DNA of 32,000 nucleotides from Dickeya solani IPO 2222 (GCF_001644705.1 NZ_CP015137.1:3180001-3212000); one strand, 5' to 3'; counted from the stretch's first letter, positions 18,456-28,698 are shown. Translations and numbers: made by a program. Notes: a model not told the origin generated them from the letters alone.

Positions 18456-18893
18456 AACCGAAGTAGTGCGATCTTTCGCCATTTCGAAAACTACATCAGA
18501 ATCGGGCCGTGTCAGGCGGTGGAGAAGTCGGGGAAAGGCGGGTTAATTGGTTGAAAGGGAATGGCAATTTAGCGGGAGAGATCACAGCTGCATGAAGGCT
18601 GAAATGAGTTTTACGCACTTTTTCATGATGTTCTTCACAAAGATGTCCACAGAAAAAGTGAATAAACCGTCGGAATTGCCGCATGAATGTTTATAACTTT
18701 GATCCTATCTGTGGGTTAACCGCGTTTTATCAGAGATGAGTGGGAGCGACGAGGCGGTGGTCCGAGCCGCCGATGTCCGGTGCGATCGCCGGAAGCGGCA
18801 TCAATAAAAGGGATGTAAAGCGGGAGTTTACCGTCTGTCAGGAGTGTGAAACAATCGAGTCATCTTTGCATTCTAGTTTATCGAGGTAGTCCG

Positions 18894-19421
18894 GTGATCG
18901 ACGATGATGGCTACCGCCCGAATGTTGGTATTGTAATTTGTAATCGGCAAGGGCAGGTATTGTGGGCCCGTCGTTACGGCCAGCACTCCTGGCAGTTTCC
19001 TCAAGGGGGCATCAACCCCGGAGAAAGCGCGGAACAAGCGATGTACCGCGAACTGTTCGAGGAGGTGGGGCTGCGGAAAAAGGATGTTCGTATCCTGGCT
19101 TCCACCCGAAGCTGGTTACGCTATAAATTGCCAAAACGTTTGGTGCGTTGGGATACAAAACCGGTCTGTATCGGCCAAAAGCAAAAATGGTTTCTGCTAC
19201 AGTTAATGTGTAATGAATCAGACATCAACATGCAAAGCAGCGGCACCCCGGAATTCGACGGGTGGCGCTGGGTGAGCTACTGGTATCCGGTGCGCCAGGT
19301 GGTGTCGTTCAAACGTGACGTTTATCGAAAGGTGATGAAGGAGTTTGTCGTCGCCGTAATGCAGCTACAGGAGAATTCGGCTATCCGAATATCATCAGGA
19401 ACCAGACGAAAACGAGGATAA
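18894..19421 (+). CDS. rppH: RNA pyrophosphohydrolase (Nudix)
   Basis: 175 aa from GTG 18894 ((M)[57 protein letters not shown]), essentially identical to the E. coli RppH N-terminus. The Nudix box is present. The track ORF start at 18846 is an extension. Confidence 0.94.
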   Translation: MIDDDGYRPNVGIVICNRQGQVLWARRYGQHSWQFPQGGINPGESAEQAMYRELFEEVGLRKKDVRILASTRSWLRYKLPKRLVRWDTKPVCIGQKQKWFLLQLMCNESDINMQSSGTPEFDGWRWVSYWYPVRQVVSFKRDVYRKVMKEFVVAVMQLQENSAIRISSGTRRKRG

Positions 19422-19432
19422 TCCGACACATC

Positions 19433-21682
19433 ATGATGCTCACGCGACTGCGAGAAATTATTGAGAAGGTTGCGGCCGCAGCCCGGCTGAGTGATGCGTT
19501 GGACATTCTGGTGAATGAAACTTGTCTGGCGATGGATACCGAAGTCTGTTCCATCTATCTGGCCGATCACGATCGTCAATGTTATTACCTGATGGCGACG
19601 CGTGGGCTGAAAAAGCCGCGCGGTCGCACCATCACGCTGGCGTTCGGTCAGGGGGTTGTCGGCCTGGTCGGCGAACGGGCGGAACCCATCAATCTGGCGG
19701 ATGCGCAAAGCCACCCCAGTTTCAAATTCATTCCTGCCGTGCGCGAACAGCACTTCCGCTCATTTCTGGGCGTGCCGGTGATCCATCGGCGTCAACTGCT
19801 GGGTGTGCTGGTTGTTCAGCAGCGCGAACACCGGCAGTTCGACAAAAACGAAGAATCGTTCATGGTGACGCTGGCTACCCAGATGGCGGCCATCCTGTCC
19901 CTGTCACAGATGAAAGCGCTGTTCGGGCAATACCGGCAGACTCGCATCAAGGCGATGGCGGCCTCTTCCGGCGTGGCGATCGCCCCCGGTTGGCAGGACC
20001 GCAGTCAGCCGTCGCTGGAGCTGGTGTTTCCGGCTTCCAGTCTGGATAGCGATCGCGAACGATCACGGCTGTTGATGGCGATGGAAGAGGCCGGGTCGGA
20101 GTTCCGCCGTTTCAGTAAGCGTTTCAGCGCCAGCGCGCAGAAAGAGAGCGCGGCGATCTTCGATTTCTATTCCCACCTGCTTAACGATGCCCGTCTCAAA
20201 CGCGAATTGTTTCAGGAGGTGGATACAGGCAGCGTGGCCGAATGGGCGGTCAAAGTGGTGATCGAGCGGTTTGCCGCGCAATTCGCCAGTCTGCAGGATC
20301 CTTACCTGCGCGATCGTTCCAGCGACTTGCGGGCGTTGGGGCAACGTCTGCTGTTCCATCTTGATGACAATGCCCAGAGCAATGGTCAGTGGCCGGAGCG
20401 CTTCATTCTGGTGGCGGACGAGCTGACCGCCACGCTGTTGGCGGAGGTGCCGCAGGAACGTCTGGCCGGTGTGGTCGCCTATGACGGCGCCGCTAATTCC
20501 CACGCGGCCATTCTGGTGCGGGCGATGGGGATTCCCACGCTGATGGGCGCCGATATCCAACCCGAGCTGTTGCACCAGCGCCTGCTGGTGCTGGATGGTT
20601 ATCGCGGCGAGTTGCTGGTGGACCCGGAACCGGTGCTGGTGCAGGAGTATCAGCGTCTGCTGAGTGAGGAAAACGAACTCACCCGGCTGGCGGAAGATGA
20701 CATGGAACGCCCGGCGGTGCTGAAAAGCGGCGAGCGGGTGGAGGTGATGCTTAACGCCGGTCTGAGCGCCGAACATGAAAAGCGTTTTATCAATCAGGTA
20801 GACGGGGTAGGGCTGTATCGCACCGAAATTCCGTTCATGCTGCAAAACGGCTTCCCTTCGGAAGAGGAGCAGATGACGCAATATGAAGGCATGTTGCGGC
20901 TTTATCCGTCCCGTCCGGTACTGTTGCGTACGCTGGATATCGGCGCGGACAAGCAATTGCCTTATCTGCCCATCAGTGAAGAAAATCCTTGTCTGGGCTG
21001 GCGCGGCATCCGCGTCACGCTCGATCAGCCGGAAATTTTCATGATTCAGGTTCGCGCCATGCTGCGCGCCAATGCGCATATCGGCAATCTGAGCATTTTA
21101 CTGCCGATGATCAACAGCCTGGATGAGATCGATGAGGCTAAACAGTTGATCGATCGCGCCGCAGCGGAAGTCGCGGAAATGCTCGGCTTCCCGCAGCCGC
21201 GGCCGCGCATCGGCATTATGATCGAGGTGCCGTCGGTATTGTTTCTGTTGCCGCATCTGGCGTCCCGCATCGATTTTGTCTCCGTCGGCACCAATGACCT
21301 GACCCAGTATCTGTTGGCGGTGGATCGTAATAATCCGCATGTCGGCGCCCTGTACGACAGCCTGCATCCGTCGATGCTGCAGGCGCTGAACATGATCATC
21401 AGCCATTGCCGACAATATCAGTTGCCGGTATCGGTGTGCGGCGAGATGGCTGGCGAGCCGATGGGCGCGCTGTTGCTGATCGGGCTGGGATACCGCACGC
21501 TAAGCATGAACGGGCGTAGCGTCGCCCGCATCAAATACCTGCTGCGCCGGATTGGCGAGGAGGAAACGCGCCAACTGACAGACAAAGTGCTCAAGGCACA
21601 AACCGCCAGCGAAGTGCGCCAGTGGGCGTCGATTTTTATCGAAGAGCGCGGGCTGGGCGGCCTGATTCGCGGCGGGCGTTGA
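19433..21682 (+). CDS. ptsP: Phosphoenolpyruvate-protein phosphotransferase of the nitrogen PTS (EI-Ntr, GAF + EI domains)
   Basis: 749 aa, collinear with E. coli PtsP (MLTRLREI.EKVA, CYYLMATRGLKKPRGRT.TLAF, GLYRTEIPFMLQ.GFPSEEEQ, SVGTNDLTQY.LAVDRNN). The start could be either ATG of the ATGATG at 19433/19436. Confidence 0.96.
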   Translation: MMLTRLREIIEKVAAAARLSDALDILVNETCLAMDTEVCSIYLADHDRQCYYLMATRGLKKPRGRTITLAFGQGVVGLVGERAEPINLADAQSHPSFKFIPAVREQHFRSFLGVPVIHRRQLLGVLVVQQREHRQFDKNEESFMVTLATQMAAILSLSQMKALFGQYRQTRIKAMAASSGVAIAPGWQDRSQPSLELVFPASSLDSDRERSRLLMAMEEAGSEFRRFSKRFSASAQKESAAIFDFYSHLLNDARLKRELFQEVDTGSVAEWAVKVVIERFAAQFASLQDPYLRDRSSDLRALGQRLLFHLDDNAQSNGQWPERFILVADELTATLLAEVPQERLAGVVAYDGAANSHAAILVRAMGIPTLMGADIQPELLHQRLLVLDGYRGELLVDPEPVLVQEYQRLLSEENELTRLAEDDMERPAVLKSGERVEVMLNAGLSAEHEKRFINQVDGVGLYRTEIPFMLQNGFPSEEEQMTQYEGMLRLYPSRPVLLRTLDIGADKQLPYLPISEENPCLGWRGIRVTLDQPEIFMIQVRAMLRANAHIGNLSILLPMINSLDEIDEAKQLIDRAAAEVAEMLGFPQPRPRIGIMIEVPSVLFLLPHLASRIDFVSVGTNDLTQYLLAVDRNNPHVGALYDSLHPSMLQALNMIISHCRQYQLPVSVCGEMAGEPMGALLLIGLGYRTLSMNGRSVARIKYLLRRIGEEETRQLTDKVLKAQTASEVRQWASIFIEERGLGGLIRGGR

Positions 21683-21864
21683 GCGCGGCGCGGCCCCGTT
21701 TTTAGGCCGGAAATGTTTACAGTTCTTTTATTCCCTCGTCACCAACTGTTTCTGCTGGCTATGCTATCATGCGCAACCGCGGACGGCTGACGGAAGCCTT
21801 GCCTTCCTTCCGGCCCATGAATAGCCCCGAAATCAGGGACAAAGCAACGATAATGTGGTGATCG

Positions 21865-22728
21865 ATGACGACGAGCTATCTGGTATTTCCCCAGTTTGAT
21901 CCGGTAATTTTTTCGTTAGGGCCGGTTTCCCTGCACTGGTATGGATTGATGTATTTGGTCGGGTTTGTGTTTGCCATGTGGCTGGCGGTTCGCCGGGCGA
22001 ACAAACCGGGTAGCGGATGGCGCAAGGAAGAGGTGGAAAACCTGCTCTATTTCGGATTCCTCGGCGTGTTTGTGGGTGGTCGTCTGGGTTATGTGTTGTT
22101 CTATGCTCTTCCTGCTTTTCTGGATAATCCGCTCTATCTGTTCCGCGTGTGGGATGGCGGCATGTCTTTCCACGGCGGCCTGCTTGGCGTCATCACGGTC
22201 ATGCTGTGGTTTGCGCATCGCACCAAACGTCATTTCTTCCAGGTGTCTGATTTCATGGCTCCGCTGATTCCGTTTGGTCTGGGCGCCGGGCGTCTGGGTA
22301 ACTTTATCAATGGCGAGCTGTGGGGCCGGGTTTCCACCGATACGCCGTGGGCGATGCTGTTCCCCGGTTCGCGCGGCGAAGACATGGCGCTGGCGGCCGG
22401 CAACCCGCAGTGGCAGGCGATCTTTAATCAATACGGCGTATTGCCTCGTCACCCGTCGCAGTTGTATGAACTGGCGTTGGAAGGGGTGGTGCTGTTTATC
22501 ATTCTGAATGTATTCATTCGCAAAGCACGCCCGATGGGCAGCGTATCCGGCCTGTTCCTGATCGGCTACGGCGCCTTCCGCATCATTGTGGAATTCTTCC
22601 GCCAGCCGGATGCTCAACTGGGGCTGTTCGGCGGCGTCAGTATGGGGCAGATCCTGTCGGTACCGATGGTATTGGCCGGAATCCTGATGATGGTCTGGGC
22701 GTATCGCCGCCAGTCTGCCCGGCAGTGA
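21865..22728 (+). CDS. lgt: Phosphatidylglycerol-prolipoprotein diacylglyceryl transferase
   Basis: 287 aa, collinear with E. coli Lgt ([59 protein letters not shown]). Confidence 0.96.
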   Translation: MTTSYLVFPQFDPVIFSLGPVSLHWYGLMYLVGFVFAMWLAVRRANKPGSGWRKEEVENLLYFGFLGVFVGGRLGYVLFYALPAFLDNPLYLFRVWDGGMSFHGGLLGVITVMLWFAHRTKRHFFQVSDFMAPLIPFGLGAGRLGNFINGELWGRVSTDTPWAMLFPGSRGEDMALAAGNPQWQAIFNQYGVLPRHPSQLYELALEGVVLFIILNVFIRKARPMGSVSGLFLIGYGAFRIIVEFFRQPDAQLGLFGGVSMGQILSVPMVLAGILMMVWAYRRQSARQ

Positions 22729-22759
22729 TTGTTGTTAAAAATTAAGTCGATGAGGTGGT

Positions 22760-23554
22760 ATGAAACAGTATCTGGAACTGATGAAAAAGGTGCTCGAAGA
22801 AGGAACTCCCAAGGATGACCGCACGGGTACGGGGACGTTATCGATTTTCGGCCATCAGATGCGTTTCAACCTGCAGGATGGTTTTCCGCTGGTGACCACC
22901 AAACGTTGCCACCTGCGCTCCATCATCCATGAGCTGTTGTGGTTTCTGAACGGCGATACCAATGTCGGCTACTTGCATGACAACAAGGTCACCATTTGGG
23001 ATGAATGGGCTGATGAAAATGGCGATCTGGGGCCGGTTTACGGCAAACAGTGGCGTGCCTGGGGAACGGCGGACGGCCGTCAGGTAGACCAGTTGCAGAC
23101 GGTGCTGAAACAGCTGAAGCAGGACCCGGACTCCCGTCGCATCATCGTTTCCGCCTGGAATGTGGGCGAGCTGGACAAAATGGCGCTGGCGCCCTGCCAC
23201 GCATTTTTCCAGTTTTATGTTGCGAACGGCAAACTGTCTTGCCAGTTGTACCAGCGCTCCTGCGACATTTTCCTCGGTCTGCCGTTCAATATTGCCAGCT
23301 ATGCGCTGCTGGTGCATATGATGGCGCAGCAGTGTGACCTGGAGGTCGGCGATTTCGTCTGGACCGGCGGCGATACCCACCTCTACAACAACCACCTTGA
23401 GCAGACGCACCTGCAGCTTAGCCGCGAGCCGCGTCCTTTGCCGCGGCTGGTAATCAAACGCCGTCCTGCGTCGCTGTTTGATTACCAGTTTGACGATTTC
23501 GAGATCGAGGGGTATGACCCGCACCCTGCCATCAAGGCGCCGGTGGCGGTCTAA
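22760..23554 (+). CDS. thyA: Thymidylate synthase
   Basis: 264 aa, the same length as E. coli ThyA and highly identical ([59 protein letters not shown], with the active-site [12 protein letters not shown]). Confidence 0.97.
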   Translation: MKQYLELMKKVLEEGTPKDDRTGTGTLSIFGHQMRFNLQDGFPLVTTKRCHLRSIIHELLWFLNGDTNVGYLHDNKVTIWDEWADENGDLGPVYGKQWRAWGTADGRQVDQLQTVLKQLKQDPDSRRIIVSAWNVGELDKMALAPCHAFFQFYVANGKLSCQLYQRSCDIFLGLPFNIASYALLVHMMAQQCDLEVGDFVWTGGDTHLYNNHLEQTHLQLSREPRPLPRLVIKRRPASLFDYQFDDFEIEGYDPHPAIKAPVAV

Positions 23555-23575
23555 ACCGATCCTACCCTGATATCA

Positions 23576-23660
23576 CCGCCCAACGGCGGATGCCGCTGAC
23601 CATGGAAATGGCTATTTCCTGTTGATCGGCCGGGCATCTTGCCGTTGGGCGGTTTTTTTT
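23576..23660 (+). terminator. Unusually long imperfect hairpin plus T8: thyA rho-independent terminator or structured 3' element
   Basis: The outer arms CCGCCCAACGGC (23576-23587) and GCCGTTGGGCGG (23641-23652) pair. So do the nested segments GATGCC/GGCATC, GCTGACCA/TTGATCGGC (imperfect) and the apical GGAAAT-ggct-ATTTCC. TTTTTTTT follows at 23653-23660. Confidence 0.75.
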
Positions 23661-23787
23661 GTCTTGTCTCCTGATTTGCGAGCAGCCGCGCAGTTTCTTT
23701 GTCGGTTGCCGCCGCACAGCATCTTGTCTGCGAAGCGCCTCGTAACCTCATCCTCCGTCGCTATTCACGCTGATATCGCGCTCTAGA

Positions 23788-24288
23788 ATGGCGGTCATGA
23801 ACAGATACAACGCACGGCAACAGGGTTTTTCCCTGCTGGAACTCATCGTGGTGATCACCATTGTGGCTTTGCTGACGGGCGGCGGCCTGCATAGCTGGCT
23901 GGCTTATCGCCATGCTCTTTTGCTGGAACAACATGCCCGGCACCTGCTGGCATTCGTGACGCGCATACAGGCCAGCGCCTACTGGCACAATCAGACCGAA
24001 AGCCTGTGGTTCAAATCGGTGGACGGCAACTGGTGTATTGGGAATGGCGCTGAACCTGCTACCTGTCCGCCGGAAAGCGCTTTCGTTTTTACCCGCGCGG
24101 TGCGGGACGCAGCGATCGCCGACATTACCAGCCAGCGGTTGGTGTTTTATGGCCTGCGTAATGCCGCACAGGCTGGGCATCTCACCCTGAGCAACTCGGC
24201 CGGGCGGGTCAGGCTGGTGATATCGGCACGAGGGCGCTTACGCCTTTGCAGCGAGTCCCGGCCGGTGCAGGGGATCCCGCTATGCTGA
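23788..24288 (+). CDS. ppdA: Prepilin peptidase-dependent protein A (type IV minor pseudopilin)
   Basis: It has a prepilin N-terminus QQGFSLLELIVVITIVALL (G/F cleavage motif with Glu at +5) and the C-terminal GRLRLC motif seen in E. coli PpdA. Its position after thyA is conserved. The start is ATG 23788 or 23797. Confidence 0.85.
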   Translation: MAVMNRYNARQQGFSLLELIVVITIVALLTGGGLHSWLAYRHALLLEQHARHLLAFVTRIQASAYWHNQTESLWFKSVDGNWCIGNGAEPATCPPESAFVFTRAVRDAAIADITSQRLVFYGLRNAAQAGHLTLSNSAGRVRLVISARGRLRLCSESRPVQGIPLC

Positions 24289-24875
24289 GCAAGTTAACCG
24301 GGAAGGTTGCGGGTGGGTTTACCCTGCCGGAGGTGATGCTGGCGATGGGGATGAGCAGCCTGATCATGCTGGCGGTGGCGCAACTGCTACCGTTGTTGCG
24401 AGCCCAGACGCAGGATAGCGCCAGCCTGATCCGGCTGGAACAACTGCTTAGCCAGACCCTGTTCGGTATAGAAAAAGATCTTCGGCGCGCCGGATTTTGC
24501 GCCGGCCGCTGTCAGGGAAGCGCGCTGACGCTGGAAGCCGGAGCGACGAAACAGGTGAGTTGTCTGTCGGTGGCTTATGACGTTAACCGTAATGGTCGCT
24601 GGGAAACGGAGGAGCAGTCGGAGCCGGAGTTTTTCAGCTACCGTCTGCGCGCTGGCGCGCTGGAGGTACAAACGGGCGGCCCGCGTTGTCAGGGAAACCG
24701 TTGGGAGAAATTGCTGGATCCCGGCGAGGTGACCATCGCCCGTTTTGAGATCACGAAGGAGACGTCCGGTGCACAACCGCGTTATCGGGTATTGCTGGAA
24801 GGGTACTGGACCACGCGTCCGACACGGCGGCAGCAGGTCAATAGCCTGGTAACGGGGAGGAATCATGCAGGGTAG
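24282..24875 (+). CDS. ppdB: Prepilin peptidase-dependent protein B (minor pseudopilin)
   Basis: From ATG 24282 the protein reads MLSKLTGKVAGGFTLPEVMLAMGMSSLIMLAV, a prepilin leader plus hydrophobic helix. It overlaps the ppdA stop by 7 nt. The track ORF start at 24246 is an extension. Confidence 0.85.
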   Translation: MLSKLTGKVAGGFTLPEVMLAMGMSSLIMLAVAQLLPLLRAQTQDSASLIRLEQLLSQTLFGIEKDLRRAGFCAGRCQGSALTLEAGATKQVSCLSVAYDVNRNGRWETEEQSEPEFFSYRLRAGALEVQTGGPRCQGNRWEKLLDPGEVTIARFEITKETSGAQPRYRVLLEGYWTTRPTRRQQVNSLVTGRNHAG

Positions 24876-25311
24876 ACGACAGCAGGGCAGCATACTCGTG
24901 ATAGTGATGCTGGTTATGATGATCGGCTTGTTAATGTTGGGCGGATTGCAGCGTCAGCTGGATATTCAGTTGCAGCAGGGCATTGACGAACAGCGCTTTT
25001 GGCAGGCATTCAATCAGGGGCTGTCGTCGCTGAACTGGGGGATGGGGCTGCGCTGGCAAACCACCGACGAGTGGCAGTGTCAGGCTCAGCAGTCGGCGCG
25101 GTTACGCGCTTGCCTGCGTATGAATAGCGAGGACCATTCCGGGCTGTTGCGGGGTGAAGGAATAATAGCCGGTAATCCGCAGCCGCTGGCGTTTTATCAC
25201 CGGGTCATGGCCGATGCCGCAGCGGCTGGCGGCGGCATCCGGCCGGTCGCGGGCGGATGGCTGGATTTTTGCCCGGATGCGGCGGAGTTGGCTTGTGTCC
25301 CGGCGCAATGA
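24865..25311 (+). CDS. ygdB: YgdB-like DUF2509 protein of the ppd pseudopilin operon
   Basis: 148 aa with GGGGAGG at 24854-24860 before the ATG. It has an N-terminal hydrophobic helix (GSILVIVMLVMMIGLLMLGG). The position between ppdB and ppdC is conserved, and it overlaps ppdB by 11 nt. Confidence 0.8.
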   Translation: MQGRRQQGSILVIVMLVMMIGLLMLGGLQRQLDIQLQQGIDEQRFWQAFNQGLSSLNWGMGLRWQTTDEWQCQAQQSARLRACLRMNSEDHSGLLRGEGIIAGNPQPLAFYHRVMADAAAAGGGIRPVAGGWLDFCPDAAELACVPAQ

Positions 25312-25681
25312 ACGGCCGTGTCGTGATTCCTGCTCCGGGTTCAGTTTGCCGGAAACGCTGGTCGCCGCACTGTTATTCGCGGTTTCGCTGACTGGCCTCT
25401 TGCAATATCATCAGATACTTCAGCAATCGTTGTTGCATCAGATGCAGCAGCGTCAGGCATGGCGGCTGGCTCATCAGCAACTGGAAATCGAAGGCACAGG
25501 CGGCGTTTCATCGCCGCTGAGCGTTCCCGACAGATGGGGTGTGAGCCGGGAAGAGCAACGCCATCCGCCAGCCTGTCGCCGTGTGACGGTGACGGTGGTG
25601 ACGCCCTATCGCTATCGTGCGGTGCTTAGCCGCTGGTTTTGTGATGCCCCTGACGCGGTGGTACAACGTGACAGCCCATAG
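25277..25681 (+). CDS. ppdC: Prepilin peptidase-dependent protein C (minor pseudopilin)
   Basis: It has the prepilin motif SGFSLPETLVAALLFAVSLTGLL. The start is uncertain (ATG 25277 or GTG 25295; the track ORF starts at 25214). It overlaps the ygdB 3' end. Confidence 0.8.
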   Translation: MRRSWLVSRRNERPCRDSCSGFSLPETLVAALLFAVSLTGLLQYHQILQQSLLHQMQQRQAWRLAHQQLEIEGTGGVSSPLSVPDRWGVSREEQRHPPACRRVTVTVVTPYRYRAVLSRWFCDAPDAVVQRDSP

Positions 25682-25720
25682 CCTGGAATAACTGCCTGTA
25701 TAACGCCTTTGGAGATGTTG

Positions 25721-28618
25721 ATGCGGAAATCTTGTATTTGGTTAAGCGCCCTGTTGCTGTGTTTCTGGTTTCCGATCAGTCAGGCGGCGGATAGCTGGCA
25801 GCCGCTACCCGAGACGATACGAAAAAGTGAGAATGACGTTCGGCAGTATCAGGCGATACGGCTTGCTAACGGTATGACGGTTCTGCTGGTGTCCGATACG
25901 CAGGCCACCCGTTCGCTGGCGGCGCTGGCGCTACCGGTCGGTTCGCTGGACAACCCTACGCAGCAGCCGGGTCTGGCTCACTATCTGGAACACATGCTGC
26001 TGATGGGGTCGAAGCGTTATCCGCAGGCGGATGGGTTGGCCGAATTTCTGAAAATGCACGGCGGCAGCCACAATGCCAGTACGGCGTCTTATCGCACCGC
26101 GTTCTATCTCGAAGTGGAAAATGATGCGTTGCAGCCTGCGGTTGACCGGCTGGCCGATGCGATTGCCGAACCGCTGCTCGACCCGGTCAACGCCGATCGC
26201 GAACGTCACGCGGTCAATGCGGAATTAACCATGGCCCGTGCCCGCGATGGTCTACGTATGGAGCAGGTTGAGGCGGAAACCATCAACCCGGCGCATCCCG
26301 GTTCCCGCTTTGCCGGCGGCAATCTGGAAACCCTCAGCGATAAGCCCGGCAGTAAACTGCATGATGAACTGGTCAATTTCTACCAGCGCTACTACTCCGC
26401 CAACCTGATGAAAGGCGTGATTTACGGCAAGTTGCCGTTGCCGGATCTGGCTGCCATCGCCGCCTCGACCTTCGGGCGGATAGCCAATCGCCAGGCCAAC
26501 GTACCGCCGATTACCGCACCGGTGGTAACCGATGAGCAGCGCGGACTGTTTATCCATTATGTACCGGCGCAACCCCGCAAGCAGTTGAAGATCGAATTTC
26601 GGATCGATAACAACAGTCCGGCGTTTCGCAGCAAAACGGATACCTACATCAGCTATCTGATCGGCAATCGCAGTCAGAACACGCTTTCTGACTGGCTGCA
26701 GAAGCAGGGGCTGGCCGAGTCGGTACGCGCCAGCGTTGATCCAATGTCCGAGCGCGATAGCGGCGTATTCAATATCAGCGTTGATTTGACCGACAAAGGG
26801 CTGGCACAGCAGGACAACGTGATCGCCGGGGTATTCAGCTATCTGGAAAAGCTGCGCACGGAGGGGATTCAGCCGCGTTATTTCGATGAAATATCACGCG
26901 TGCTGGGTATTGATTTCCGCTACCCCTCTCTTACCCGTGACATGAGTTATGTGGAGTGGCTGGCGGATACCATGCTGCGGCTGCCGGTGGAATATACCCT
27001 TGAAGGGCCTTATCTGGCGGATCGGTTCGATCCTGAGGCGATCAAGACCCGATTGTCGGCCATGACGCCGCAAAACTCGCGTATCTGGGTGATAAGCCCG
27101 GAGCAGCCCCACAATAAAGAAGCCTATTTTGTTGGTGCGCCTTATCAGGTAGATAAGATTGGCGACGCGCGCGTGGCGCTGTGGCAGAAGACGTCGCAGT
27201 CGCTGGCGCTCAGCCTGCCGACGCCCAACCCCTATATTCCGGATAGTTTTTCGCTGATTACCGCGGATGCGGCCATTACGCATCCAAAGAAAGTGGTCGA
27301 TCAGTCAGGGCTACGGGTGTTTTACATGCCCAGCCGCTATTTCGCCAGCGAACCCAAAGCCGATATCACGCTGATGCTGCGTAACCGGATAGCGAACGAT
27401 TCCGCCCGTCATCAGGTGCTGTTCGCCCTGAATGATTATCTGGCCGGCGTGGCGCTGGATGCGCTCAGCTATCAGGCATCGGTGGGCGGCATCAGTTTCT
27501 CCACCGGCAGCGATGACGGGCTGATGATGACGGCCAGCGGCTACACTCAGCATCTGCCGGAGCTATTGCTGACGCTGGTGGAGCAATACGCCAACTTCAG
27601 CTCGACGGAAGAACAGCTGGAACAGGCAAAATCCTGGTATGCCGAGCAACTGGATGCGGCCGAGAAGGCCAAAGCGTATGAACAGGCGATGTTCCCGATT
27701 AAGGGGCTGTCGAACGTGCCTTACAGCGAACGAAGCGAGCGGCGCAACTTGCTGAAAGACATTACGCTGCAGGAGCTAATGCAATACCGCAAGGCTTTAT
27801 TGCAGCAGGCCGCGCCGGAAATGCTGGTGGTCGGCAACCTGGAGCAGGACAAGGTGGTCAGCCTATCGCACAGCCTGCGTGAGCGCCTTGGCTGCGGCGG
27901 CACCGAATGGTGGCGCGGGCAGTCGGTCAGCATCAGCGAGTCACAGAGAGCCACGCTGCAGCGCAGCGCAGCAAGTACTGATTCGGCGCTGGCGGCGGTA
28001 TATATTCCAGCGGGGTATGGTGAAATACAGAGCGCGGCTTACAGCAAGCTACTGGGGCAGATCATTCATCCGTGGTTTTTTAATCAGTTGCGTACTGATG
28101 AACAGCTGGGTTATGCCGTGTTCGCTACCCCGGTCTCTGTCGATCGTCAGTGGGGGATTGGTTTTCTGCTGCAAAGCAACAGCAAGCAGCCTGCCTATCT
28201 TTATCAACGTTATCAGGACTTTTTTGGCAAGGCGGAGCAGCGCCTGAACGCCATGAACGCAGAAACTTTTACCCAGAATAAGCAGGGGCTGATCAATACG
28301 CTCAGTCAGCCGCCTCAGACACTGGAGGAAGAAGCTGCCCGTTTGCGTGGCGATTTGGAGCGGGAGAATTTTGCCTTCGATACCCGCCAGCAGTTAATCG
28401 GACAACTGGCATCCATTTCGTCGACGCAGTTAATGGACTTTTTCCGGCAGGCGTTGCATCCGCAGGGGCTGGCGATTTTATCCCAGGTTTCCGGCAGTGC
28501 GAGTGGGCAGGCGGATTATGCCCGGCCGTCGGAATGGCAATCCTATGCCTCGACTTCCGCACTGCAACGGACGCTGACGCAGAAACCGGTGGAACAAAAA
28601 CAGACGGAAACACAGTAA
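25721..28618 (+). CDS. ptrA: Periplasmic zinc metalloprotease pitrilysin (protease III, M16 family)
   Basis: 965 aa from ATG 25721, with GGAG at 25711-25714 and a signal peptide ending PISQA-AD. The HxxEH zinc motif (GLAHYLEHMLLMGS) is present. It is collinear with E. coli PtrA throughout (HGGSHNASTA.YRTAFYLEVENDAL, ERERHAVNAELTMAR, FYNQLRT.EQLGYAVFA). Confidence 0.95.
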   Translation: MRKSCIWLSALLLCFWFPISQAADSWQPLPETIRKSENDVRQYQAIRLANGMTVLLVSDTQATRSLAALALPVGSLDNPTQQPGLAHYLEHMLLMGSKRYPQADGLAEFLKMHGGSHNASTASYRTAFYLEVENDALQPAVDRLADAIAEPLLDPVNADRERHAVNAELTMARARDGLRMEQVEAETINPAHPGSRFAGGNLETLSDKPGSKLHDELVNFYQRYYSANLMKGVIYGKLPLPDLAAIAASTFGRIANRQANVPPITAPVVTDEQRGLFIHYVPAQPRKQLKIEFRIDNNSPAFRSKTDTYISYLIGNRSQNTLSDWLQKQGLAESVRASVDPMSERDSGVFNISVDLTDKGLAQQDNVIAGVFSYLEKLRTEGIQPRYFDEISRVLGIDFRYPSLTRDMSYVEWLADTMLRLPVEYTLEGPYLADRFDPEAIKTRLSAMTPQNSRIWVISPEQPHNKEAYFVGAPYQVDKIGDARVALWQKTSQSLALSLPTPNPYIPDSFSLITADAAITHPKKVVDQSGLRVFYMPSRYFASEPKADITLMLRNRIANDSARHQVLFALNDYLAGVALDALSYQASVGGISFSTGSDDGLMMTASGYTQHLPELLLTLVEQYANFSSTEEQLEQAKSWYAEQLDAAEKAKAYEQAMFPIKGLSNVPYSERSERRNLLKDITLQELMQYRKALLQQAAPEMLVVGNLEQDKVVSLSHSLRERLGCGGTEWWRGQSVSISESQRATLQRSAASTDSALAAVYIPAGYGEIQSAAYSKLLGQIIHPWFFNQLRTDEQLGYAVFATPVSVDRQWGIGFLLQSNSKQPAYLYQRYQDFFGKAEQRLNAMNAETFTQNKQGLINTLSQPPQTLEEEAARLRGDLERENFAFDTRQQLIGQLASISSTQLMDFFRQALHPQGLAILSQVSGSASGQADYARPSEWQSYASTSALQRTLTQKPVEQKQTETQ

Positions 28619-28698
28619 GAGTCAGGTGCTGGTGAGGTTCTGAAATACCTGTGCCGGGAAACAGGGCTGGCACAGGAAAAGAAGGGAAACAGAGCGGG

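Noticed and set aside
18496-18684. A 62-aa minus-strand ORF in the mutH-rppH spacer
   Set aside because: It lies within the DnaA-box/DARS2-like region and has no SD or recognisable fold. E. coli also has only dubious small ORFs here. It is more likely non-coding regulatory DNA.
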